Below, one piece after another: positions 36,824-47,560 of a DNA stretch of 64,000 bases (positions within the stretch are counted from its first letter, which is position 1; each line of letters starts with the position of its first letter). The notes under the pieces were generated by a model, which was not told where the DNA came from, searched no databases, and worked only from the letters and a program-made list of their open reading frames with translations. Origin of the DNA: Sphyrna mokarran. Taxonomy: Eukaryota. The stretch spans positions 95,728,001 to 95,792,000 of the forward strand of contig JAGIQG010000009.1 in NCBI GenBank assembly GCA_024679065.1, given 5' to 3'. The position numbers were made by a program, and so were the translations under genes.

Positions 36824-38407
36824 TGAAGGAACAGGATGTAAGGTTTCCAAATTTGCTGTTGATATTGAGATTGGTGGAAGGCAGGGATATGATGAGTTCA
36901 TTGTGATTCTGCAATGGGATAAGGATAGATTGGGTGACTGGGCAAAAATCTATCAAATGGGGTTTAATGGGGAAATTGTGAGATCATGCACTTTGGCAGA
37001 AGTAATATAGATTATTATCTAAATGGAGAGAGAGAGACTGCAGGTGAGTGAAGTATAGAGGGATTTAGTTTTTTTAGTGCATGAATCACAAAAAGCTATC
37101 AGGTAGGTCCAACAGGGAGTTAAGAAAGCAGACAGCATTTTGGTCTTTGTTGCAAAGAAATTAGAATTTAAAAATGGGGAGATTTTGTTGCAATTGCATC
37201 GGGTATTGGTGAGGCCTCATCTGAAATATCTCATACAGTTTTGGTCCTCTTACCAACAAAGTATATAGTATCCGTGGAGGCAGTCCATTCTTCACCTGGC
37301 TAATTTCTGGAACGACAGGGTTCACCTATCAAGGCAGAGTAAATAGTGTGGGTCTGTATTCCTTGGAGTTTAGAAGAGTGAGTGGTGACTCATTCAAACA
37401 TATAAGATCTGTGGGAGCTTGACAAGGTGAGATGTTTTCACTCTGGGGAGAATCTCAAATATGGGGATATAGCTGCAAGATAAAGAGCTGGTCATTTAAA
37501 ACTGAGATGTGTAGAAATTTCTTCTCACAGAGTGTGGTGAATCTTTGGAATTCTCTGCCCCAAATGGTGATGGAGGTTGAATTATTTGTAGTATTTAAAG
37601 TGGAGATGGATGAATCTTTGATAGATCGAAGAATGGGCTGCTGGCTATGAGAAAAGAAGCTGAGGCAGACATAGATCAGCCATGATCATGTTGAGTGGTG
37701 GGGCAGGCTTGAAGGGCTTAGTGGCCTATTCCTGCTTCTTGTGTTCATGTGATTTAGCAGTGTAGAATACACATCCACTCTCTGCTCCAAAAAAATGTCA
37801 ATGTCTGTACAATTGGAGTTTCTAAGACTGATAGATATCATTGCTCCATAAATACTAAGGTATGGGTTAGTCAGAAACGGGAGTTCAGTTGGCAGTGATC
37901 TAATTGGTGTGATGGGCAAGGCTGGCAGGATTAAGGAACACTGAGTGTCTGGAGATATTGAGGCTCTGGCAATTAAAAAGGAAGTTGTCAGGTATAGGCA
38001 ACTGGATTCAAGTGAATCCCTTGGAGAGTATGGGGGTGATGCAACAAAAACTTCCTATTTTTAAATTCTAATTTCTTTGCAACAAAGACCAAAATGCTGT
38101 CTGCTTTCTTGACTCCCTATTGGACCTACCTGATAGCTTTTTGTGATTCATGCACTAAAAAACTAAATCCCTCTATACTTCACTCACCTGCAGTCTCTCT
38201 CTCTCCATTTAGATAATAATCTATATTACTTCTGCCAAAGTGCATGACCTCACAATTTCCCCATTAAACCCCATTTGACAGGTTTTTGCCCAGTCACCCA
38301 ATCTATCCTTATCCCATTGCAGAATCACAATAAACTCATCATATCCCTGCCTTCCACCAATCTCAATATCAACAGCAAATTTGGAAACCTTACATCCTGT
38401 TCCTTCA
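36824..38407. repeat. ~370-bp inverted repeat (arms 36824-37192 and 38040-38407)
   Basis: The second arm is the reverse complement of the first with only scattered mismatches; spacer ~850 bp. Confidence 0.92.
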
Positions 38408-38648
38408 CCCTTTCCTTAAAAGGGAAATCAGGAGGGCCAAAAAGGGACATGTGACAGCTTTGGCAGAGAGGGCAAAAGAGTAACTAGGGAGACAATAGGG
38501 TCCCTTAAGAATGAAGGAGTTCTTCGAAACACGGCAGACTGCAGTAAGTTGGATCACGTGGGATCCAGGGACAACTAACCAATTAGATATGAAATTGGCT
38601 TGCCAGTGGGGCCAGTAAGAAGTCTCACAACACTAGGTTTATTTGGAA

Positions 38649-38685
38649 TCACAAGCTTTCAGAACACTGCTCCTTCTTCAGGTGA
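38649..38685 (-). ncRNA. minimal type-I hammerhead ribozyme motif
   Basis: Reverse complement: TCAC-CTGAAGA-AGGAGCAGTGTTCT-GAAA-GC-TT-GTGA. Confidence 0.55.
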
Positions 38686-39402
38686 GTATTATTGTGTCCA
38701 CCCCAGTCCAACACTGGTATCTCCACATCATGGCTTGCTGGTAGGAGATGGTGGGTGGTGGTAGAGGGTTGTTTTTCAGACTGGGGGCATGTGACCACTG
38801 GTGTGCCACAGGGATTGGTGCTGGGTCCACTCTTATTTGTCATTTGTATAAATGAGTTGAATGAGAATAAAAGAAGGCATACTTAGTAAGTTTATGGACG
38901 GCACCAAAATTGGTGGTGCAGTGGACATTGAAGAAGGTTTCTTTCCCTGAAGCGTAGGAGGATGTGATGACCTTATAGAGATTTATAAAATCATGAGGAA
39001 CATAGAAAAGATAAAGAGACAAGGTCTTTTCTCCAGGGTAGACGAGTCTAAAACTAAAGGCTATAGGTTAAAAAATGAGAAGAAAAAGTATAAAAAGGGA
39101 CGAAAGGGGGCGATTTTTTTCACACAAGTGGTGGTGCGTAAATGGAACGAGATGCCAGAAGAGGTGGTTGACGTGGGTACAATTACAACATTTAAAATCA
39201 ATATGGACAGGAATAGATGGGAAAGGTTGAGAGGAATATGGGCTGATTGCAGGCAAGTGTGACTGGTTCAGGAAAGAAAATCTGGTGGACGTGTACGAGT
39301 TGGGCCGAAAATCTCTACGACTCTAAGTGAACAGTTCGCTCAGACCTGCTCCCGTTCTTCATGTCCTTCCCTCTATCACTGGATCGAACTCCTTTCAGCT
39401 CA

Positions 39403-39540
39403 TCCTATCCGACAACTGACGTCAGCAGCTGTATTTACTTGATTGGACAATTCTCAACATTGAGACAGTTTCTAGCCGTGTTTGTGTCTATTCTGCCGGA
39501 GACTGATGACTCGGTCAATCTCTTTACTTTGATTGATTCA
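39403..39540 (+). promoter_or_regulatory. copy C promoter: distal CRE+CCAAT module and degenerate proximal X-Y module
   Basis: TGACGTCA 39417-39424 with ATTGG 39442; the proximal module reads TGACTCG and ATTGA instead of TGACTCA and ATTGG. Confidence 0.55.
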
Positions 39541-39654
39541 GTCCTTTTGCGTCAAATCAGATTGAGGCTCAGTGTGAACAGGAAAAGACAGAAGGAGTGA
39601 GTTGTGGAAATGGTCTTTCTTTGAAAAAGAGTTTCCTCCAAATGTTTCCGCACC

Positions 39655-39718
39655 ATGAGGGAAGTAGCAGTGATTGGACTGATAGTGCTGGTCCTTCTGT
39701 GTGGAGAGGTGTCTGCAG
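39655..39718 (+). CDS. copy C exon 1, signal peptide
   Basis: GCACCATG in frame with hydrophobic VIGLIVLVLLCGEVSA; donor G|GTGAGT. Confidence 0.8.
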
Positions 39719-42700
39719 GTGAGTGATGGGGTGTGAGAGGGGCAATGCCAGGCAGGGTACTGGGGTATTAACCCTTGGTTAGTGAGTGATGGGGTGTGAG
39801 AGGGGCAATGCCAGGCTGGGTGGAGGTTTTGCTCTTGGTTTGGAATCAGTGTTTTGGGGCTCATGCTATAATCTGTATGTGTGTGTGTGAGAGAGAGAGG
39901 GTGTTGGTGTTTTTAGGATGTAATCCTGAATTCTCTCTATTTCAGACTCTCACTCTCTCCAGCAATTCTTCACGGGAATGACTCCGATCCCAGGTTTCCC
40001 AGAATTTGTCGTTGTCGGTAATGTGGATGGTGTCCAGTTTGTTATGTACAACAGTGATCGGAGGGAGCTGATCCCCCGGGAACAGTGGATGGTGGAGAGC
40101 GAGGGTCCGGCAGCCTGGGAGAGGAAGAAGAGCTTCGTACGGGAGCAGGAGATGCATTTTAAACGTTGGATTCCGCTCCTCATGTCCCGCAGCAATCAGA
40201 CAGGAGGTGAGTGCTCACTCTCCCAGCACCCGGGGATCCCGGTGGGAATGAGGAGAAACCCAGAGTGGATCAGGAACGGGGAGCCCGAGGCTGATTGGCT
40301 GCGATTGGAGATGTGACAGGAAATGTGATTGGCTATGAATGTGTGGAGGCATTGAGACTGGCTCTGATTGGCTGTGTGTGTGTGGGAGAGGGGGCAGAGT
40401 AGTTGGTGTTGATTGGCTGTGCAGGTGGGAATCACCCATTGGGACTGTCTCTGATTGGCTGTTTGTGTTTCTAATCTACAGGGATCCATGTCTACCAGCT
40501 GATGACTGGCTGTGACCTGAGGAATGATGGGACTTCGAGTGCATTCATCCAGTTTGGGTGGGACGGACATGATTTTCTCAGCTTCGACCAAGATCACATG
40601 ATATGGGAGACCCAGGTGCCCTGGGGGGAGAGCACCAAAAACAGGTGCGACCGGCTGACTGACAACAACCAGCGATGGAAAGATTACCTGAAGGTGGAGT
40701 GTATCGAGTGGCTGAGAAAATACGTGGAGTATGGACAGGGAGAATTGAGAATCGGTGAGTGAGGAGGGGATGAGAGTGGGGAGGGGGGTGAGTCGGTGAG
40801 TGAGATTTGTTGGAGTGAGGGGGGAGTGAGAGTGGGTGAGTGGAGGGGGGGAGTGAGAGTGGGTGAGTGAGGGGGGGAGTGAGAGTTGATGAAGTGGGTG
40901 ATGCCGGGACTCTCTGTCTCAAGGTTCGTGTACTGACTCCTCTTTCTTTCTCTCTCAGTTGCCCCCGTCGTGTCCTTTACCCGTCTGGGTGATTCTAACC
41001 GGCTATCCTGTGCCGTCACCGGGTTTTACCCTCAAGCCATTGAGGTGAATCTGTGGAGAGACGGAGTGATGATTGGTGAGACTCTGTCCACTGGGATCTT
41101 ACCCAATCATGATAGCACCTACCAGATCCGGAAATGGATCGAGTTTGATCCAGTGGACCAGGCCGAGTATTCCTGTCGGGTGGAACACAGCGGGATGAAG
41201 GAGACATTGGTGGTGATTTATGGTAAGACTGTTTCTCACTGTTAGAGAGGATCCAACCTCAGACCAGGATCACAGGAGGGAGGATCAGTGCTGATCTGTC
41301 AGCCCAGGACAGCCTGAGGCCCAGGACACAAAGAGAGGGAAATAAATATCATTCAATATCATACATTATGGTTTCACAGTACAACATGATACAGTGTATC
41401 ATTGGATATTGTGATTGCATTGGGCCTGGTGTAACATTGGACATGAGAGTAGGTCTTGACCTGGAGTGTTCTGGGATATTACAGTTGGTGATGCCCAGTG
41501 TATCGGGGATATTGCAGTAGCACAGATTGTGGTGTATCCTGGGATATTCCCGAAGGGCAAATACCAGTGTTTCTGGGATATTTTAGCTTCTCGTGACCTG
41601 GTGTATCCCGTGCTATTGCGGGGATAGGACACCGTGAAATATCAGAGAATGGAGAGAGCCTAGTATATCCAAGAGCAATGCTTTTCACTGTATACCAACG
41701 CATGTGTCAACAATAAATCGTATCAAATATTACTGTAGGACCGGGCCTCAGTGCATCCTGGAAGTTTACTTCAGTCAGATTAAGATCAGTATTCAGAAAA
41801 GTAATGGAATTCCTTCCATTGGAGACAATTCATGAAAATCTAGAATCAAATTCTCTAATAATGAACAGTCAGCATGGATTTTGAACTGGAAAATGTTGTT
41901 TTACTCCACTTAGTGGAATTTTTGAGGATGTAACAAAAATAATAGACAATGGAAATGTAATAGATGTGCTATATAATTTTTCAAATGTAATAGAAATCGG
42001 TCATGATGGACTGATTGACAAGGTCAAAGTAAGCAGAGTTATGGGATGAGTGACAGAATGGATTACTCACTGACTTTGGGACAGAAAGCAGAGAGTGTGA
42101 GTAAAGGGAGTTTCAGAGTTACAAAAGGGGTAAATGATCCACAAGGTTCGGTGCTGGGATCACCGCTGTTCACAACTTACACTCCATAACTTGGATATTG
42201 GAATCAAAAACACCATTTCTTAGTTTGCAGATAACATCAAATTGGGGGAATTATTTGATTTTGAGGAGAACTAGAAGAAATTAATAGGACATGAATAAAT
42301 TTCAGCAAATAGTCGGTGAATAAAGTTCAGCACAGATAAATGTGAGGTATTTTTCAGTTAATGATGAATAGTGTTGAGAAACAAAGGATCTTGGTGTACA
42401 AATACACCAATCAGTAAACGTACAGTTACAAGTTAGGCAATAAACAAAATACAATCAAAAATCAGGTTTTACTTCTCAAGGAATAGAATTGTAAAGCAGG
42501 GATGTTATTGCCAAACCTTCGTTAGGCCACATTTAAAGACTGTGTGCAGTTCCGATCACCATTTCATACAAAGAATATAGAGTCAGGGGAGAGAATGTAG
42601 AGAAGATTTACAGAGATGATTCCAGAAATGGTGGATGGACATCTCAGAAAAGGATTGACTGGCTGGGTCTCCGCTCTTGGTAAAACAGAAGATTGAGGGT

Positions 42701-44246
42701 TGATCTAACTGAGAACTTTAAAATTATGAAAGATGTTTTATAGACAGACACCCTCTTGTGCAAAGAGCATATCCAGTACCCATCAGTACCCCATGGGGAA
42801 TTCATAAGAAACCTCTTCACCCAAAGAGTGATGAGAATGTGGAGCTCGCTGCCACAGGGAGTGGCTGAACTGAACATTATAGTTTAAGGGGAAGATAGAC
42901 AAGCAAATGAAGGAGAAGGGAATAGAGTTAAAATGGTTGAATTAGATGAGGAAAGATGGAAGGAGGCTCAAGTGGAACATAAATACCAGCAGCATGGGTG
43001 GAAAGGCCATTTCCTATGTTGTATTTCCTGTGTTTCCTGACTCTCTCTTTATGATTCACTCTCACATTTCTGTTTCTTTCTCCCTGATTCACTCTCTCAT
43101 TCTGTCTCCCTAATCTTACTCTATCTCTCATTCTCTCTCTTAGTTGATTGTCCTCTCTCTCATTCTCTCCCATTCTCTCTCATTCTATTTCACTCTGATT
43201 CTCACTTTTCCCACTCACTGATTCACTCAGTCGCTCTGACTCTCTCTCTAACAGAACCAAAGTCTCGCTCCCAAGTTGCTGTTACTGTTGGGATTGTGGT
43301 CGGGGTCCTCGTGCTCATCATTCTCATCATTGTGGCTGTCGTCCTCTATAAGAAGAAAGGTAGGAATTGGAGGGCAAAGAGCGGTAGGTGAACTATAGTG
43401 CATCCAGGCAGTCTGGGAGCCTGGAATTGCCATGACTAGACTTTTGAATCAATTCACAATAATGAATGTCAGAGACAGTGGATAATAGTTCACTGGGGGC
43501 AGGGATTCTGGGAGAGTATTCCAGAGTAACGTTGGCTGAAGCTGTGGGTCTCCGGTTGGTGTGGTGGCGGGAAGGGGGTTGGTGAGTGAGTGGAAGAGCT
43601 GCAGGGTTGGGATAGGGTCAGTAAGGGGCTCATGGTAAAGGGGGAGTGTCTGAGAATTGTGGGAAGGGTCTCAAATTGGATGAGGAGTTCAGAGTATCAG
43701 TGAGGGCTCAGGTAAGAGTGAGGGTCCAACGACAGGATGGGAGGGAGGATCCAGGGTCAGGTAGGAGCGAGGGTCTCAGATTGCGGTGTGAGTGAAGGTT
43801 CAGAATTCAGTTGTAGGGGCTCAGTATGAGTGAGAGTTCCAGCCTCTGTCTCTGATTTTCTCTCAGTCTCATCACTCACTGAACATTCCTTGTTTTACAG
43901 GCAAAGGGAAGAACGACTACAATCCTGCAAATAGTAAGCTGATCATCAAACACTGTCCTTATGCAAATGTGTACATCATTGTTCATTCTGTTTCAAACAT
44001 TGTGTGTGTGTGTGCGTGTGCATCTGTCATGCGTTTGTGTGTGAGTGTGTGGGCTTCTCTGTGTCATTGTCAGTATTGATGTGTGAGAATCTTTTTTTTT
44101 CTCTGTCTCTTTGTCTCTCTCATATTCTCTTGATCACATCCATTGTCTCTGTCTCTCTGATAATGAACAAATTTTTGACACTTCTTCTTCCTTTAACAGC
44201 TTCTGATGGTGGGGATTCCTCATCCAGATCCTCCACAAGTAGCTGA
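39655..44246 (+). CDS. MHC class I heavy chain (non-classical-like), intact copy C, 7 exons, 348 aa
   Basis: Exons, all GT-AG with phase-1 junctions: leader 39655-39718 (MREVAVIGLIVLVLLCGEVSA), a1 39946-40206 (DSHSLQQF...EFVVVGNVDG...W...SRSNQTG), a2 40482-40754 (IHVYQLMTGC...WDGHDF...ECIEWLRKY), a3 40959-41222 (LSCAVTGFYP...LPNHDSTYQ...YSCRVEH), TM 43255-43359, cytoplasmic 43901-43933 (GKGKNDYNPAN) and 44200-44246 (TSDGGDSSSRSSTSS*). Total 1047 nt, in frame. C101/C164, the Ig-C1 cysteines and the N86 glycan site are present. Confidence 0.93.
39946..40206 (+). CDS. copy C exon 2, alpha-1 domain
   Basis: ttcag acceptor, 261 nt, SHSL..F / PEFV.VG.VDG / NQT motifs, donor G|GTGAGT. Confidence 0.93.
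40482..40754 (+). CDS. copy C exon 3, alpha-2 domain
   Basis: 273 nt; H..Q.M.GC, WDG.DF, ECIEWL.KY. Confidence 0.93.
40959..41222 (+). CDS. copy C exon 4, alpha-3 Ig-C1 domain
   Basis: 264 nt; LSCAVTGFYP, LPNHDSTYQ, YSCRVEH. Confidence 0.93.
43255..43359 (+). CDS. copy C exon 5, connecting peptide and transmembrane segment
   Basis: EPKSRSQVAVTVGIVVGVLVLIILIIVAVVLYKKK after a long polypyrimidine tract; donor G|GTAGG. Confidence 0.88.
43901..43933 (+). CDS. copy C exon 6, cytoplasmic (YNPA motif)
   Basis: ttttacag acceptor, 33 nt, donor A|GTAAG; Y-x-x-A motif typical of class I exon 6. Confidence 0.8.
44200..44246 (+). CDS. copy C exon 7, Ser-rich cytoplasmic end and stop
   Basis: ttaacag acceptor; SDGGDSSSRSSTSS-TGA. 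Confidence 0.75.
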
Positions 44247-46679
44247 GGTATGAACTGTGTTGATAAACATTGGGAGTTGATCCTTCTAACTGGGATATTC
44301 CCACTGGATTTAACTGTACAATCTGCTGGGTGGGATGTGAGCTCAATGTCTGTCTCTTGCTGTATAGTGACTAAAGAACAGCTCATCCATTCCGATACTG
44401 AGCTTTGAGACTGGCCTTCTGGAGACGGCTGCTCCTGTACAGTCTGAGAGTGGAGAGATTGTGGATATTGAGGTGTTGAAACATCCGGAAACATCACAGC
44501 CTCACCAACCTCTGCTAAGTTACTCAATTTCCTGAAGGAATTTGTAACTCCCACACATTTCATTGAAGTTGGTCATTGAGGTATACCGCTCCCACAGGAT
44601 TTAATATTTGTCGTGTTTTGAGATGAGTCTGATCATTTGCTGAATGTTTGGGTTGTGGAGTAGAATTTAGGAGTTAAGCTGGTGTTTGAGGATCTGATGG
44701 GTTTAGCTTGTGTTTGGGGTCTGATGGGTTTAGCTGCTGTTTGGGGCTCTGATGGGTTTAGGTGGTGGTGTGTGGATGGAATGTTCAATCGTTGAAAATT
44801 TATGATTGAGACCAAGGCCATTCAGCCCATCGTAATCCTGACTGTTAAATGAAGAACTTTCCAGCCTAATCTTACCTTCCTATGCTCGGTCTGTAGCTCT
44901 GTGGATCAAAGCGCTTCAACTGGACATCCAAGAATTAATTTAATGTGGTAAGAGTTTTTACCTCTATCATCCTTTCAGACAGTGAACCCTGGATTCCTAC
45001 CACCCTCTGGGTGAAAAACTCCTTCCTCATTGCTCCCCCCACCACCCTCCTTCCCCATCTTTCCAACGATGACTTTAAATCTGTGCCCCTGGTTTTTGAC
45101 CCTCTGCTAAGGTAAATGTGTCATCTCTATTTACCATGGTTCCTCATAATTATATCCACCTTGATGACCTTGTCCACATCATTTTTAAAATCCCTTTTGA
45201 CCACATCTACCCCACTGCCCTCATCAACCCTCCTTCTCACCTCTTCCAAATTTTAATTTAGTTTAGCCTAAATGAAGGTTTGTACCGTTCTTCAAAATTG
45301 ATTCCAATAATTCTTCCAACACCAAAATTACACTGACTGGTGTATAATTACTCAGATTACCTTTTCTTCTCTTTTCAATCCGTGATGTAATGTTGGCAGT
45401 CCTTTAATCTCCTTCCTGTATCCCAGGATGGGTGATTCTGATGATCAGATCGTCTTGAATATCCTCCCTTGCTTCTTTTAACCAGGATGTTTATCTACTT
45501 TCAAAACTCTAATATCTGTTAATACATCCTCTGTTACAATGTTTATCGGATGCAGTAATTCTCACTCTTCTTCCTTAACAGGAATATCGGGATTGCTTCC
45601 TGTTTCCCAAAGACAGTGACAATGTATTTATTCACAATCTCACCACATTCTCCACCCTGTCACACAGACTATCTTATTGGTCTGCAACAGACCGTACCCT
45701 TTCCTTCTCCTTTTCTTTTCATGTACTTAGAGGACATTCTTTGAGGTTTCTTGATATTTTCATGCGCTCACTTTACTTTCCTGATTTCCTTTTTAATTTC
45801 ACTCCTACACTCCCTGTACTATTCCAAGTTTCTGCAGAATGAGGTGTTAAGGGTCTGATAGATTTTGCTTCTGGTATATATGAGAGTTGGATGGACCTGG
45901 TGGGTTCTGTTGGGGGTGTTCCAGCTCTGCTGGGTTTGCCTCACTCTATAGCGATGTATTTCTTTCTCATCCTCAGTGTCCCTTTTGTAATCTAGGGATA
46001 CCAGTCCCACGATCAACAGCAGAGTGGATGCAAGAATCTGGGAAGATTTGATTGAAATGACAGCGATGGACTGATTTAAACACTGTATATGTGACTCTCT
46101 GTGAATGGAACTGTGGCAATAGTTTATCAGGAATTGCTCCATCTGGAGCTGCACTTTTGAAGCTGTTCTGATCTGACCTGTTTATTCTGCACAGGTTCTG
46201 GAGTATGAAGTCTCACAACACTCAGTTGAAATCCAAGAGGTTTATTTGGAATCACCAACATTTGTAGTACTGCTCCTTCATCAGACAATTCATTATTTAC
46301 CCTGCACTGATTCTAAAGGATATAGGTTGTCAGGCATTGCTCTATCAGGATCTACACTGTTTAAGCTATTCTGATCTGCCCTGTGTTGTGGGGCTTTTTG
46401 GAAATCAGGCTTTTCAAGTTGTCACAATATTTTTCCCTTGATGTAGCCAAACCAAGTCTCATGTCTAGCTATGTAGCAAGGATCCCAGAAAGCCAGCCAG
46501 AGTATGGAATTCAGAATTGCACAAGCAGTTATACTTTTGGGCATGATTACAATTAATTAACATACCAATCAAGCGTTGGGAGTTAATACTATCCACTCAC
46601 AACTATTGATTAATGTTACAACATGCATATGATACAAATGTTAAATACCAATCACCATCATTACATGTCTGTTTAATTA

Positions 46680-47560
46680 AGTGACACTATTATATTTTTA
46701 AGAAATGGATTATTTAAATCATCTCTCTGCAGTTTGTAAGCAGCTTTTTTTTTGTTGTTGTTGTCAACTTTTGAGGTTAGGTGTCATTTTGTTGCTGTTT
46801 AAATGGTTCAAATGGTGTTTTGTTTATTTTTAATCTGGGTCTATTGTGATGTCCTGGAGCTTTATGAATTTACAATGTTTTTCAATTGTTAGAGGGAAGA
46901 ATGACTGATAGGTCAGATGACGAGAGTAATTTCACTTTTGGTTTGGGCTGCTGGCTGCTTTTTTAGTTAGAAGATGTTTGGACTTCAAACTGAAAAGCAG
47001 TATTTCCGTGCCTCTGTCCTTGTTATTAGAAATTCTGCTATGTTGGAAGCAGTTTTTCTTGCCTTCCTGGAATGAAAACTTTGCTGTCAGTACTTTGCTG
47101 GTTAATAGCTAGATGTCAGCAGTGGCTTTATCTCTACCTCAGTGTCTGCTGGAAGTTACAAGGATGATATGGCAGAGTTTCAATTCTATCCAGTAATTCA
47201 CATCAGGCATTGCTGAGCTGCAAACCACGCGGATATTCTTATTTTCTGTGCTAAACGTGAAGTGGATGTAGATTTTTAAAGATGCTTATTATATTGATGG
47301 GTGTATTTAATTGTTAAGATTTATATACTATCATGGTTGTGTTTTTCTTGTCTGTACTAGGAAAGATTATGGGTAATTTTCATTCTTTTTGTTAACTGTA
47401 TTCTTAAATAAATTTTTATTGAGAAAAGCTCCCTAGTGGGTCATTTAAATCATAGCTGAAGTGAAACACTTCATGCTTTTTCTAGCCAAATTCAAAGTAT
47501 AAAACATGGTTCAAGCTGACTTCATAAAATACCTTAGAGTTTCTGACCTGAGTTATAACA
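46680..47560 (+). mobile_element. solo LTR, paralogous copy
   Basis: Same element and ATTA TSD; first T mutated to A. Confidence 0.72.

Larger units (their letters stand above)
36760..39330 (+). mobile_element. mosaic of degenerate CR1 fragments
   Basis: SKFAVD, RNFFSQSVVNLWNSLP, VTTGVPQGLVLGPLLF, FFTQVVVRKWN. Confidence 0.8.

Noticed and set aside
39655-44246. Assigning a lineage symbol (UAA, UBA, UCA etc.) or calling the gene MR1/CD1
   Set aside because: Needs phylogeny; the anchors argue against classical UAA but do not identify the lineage
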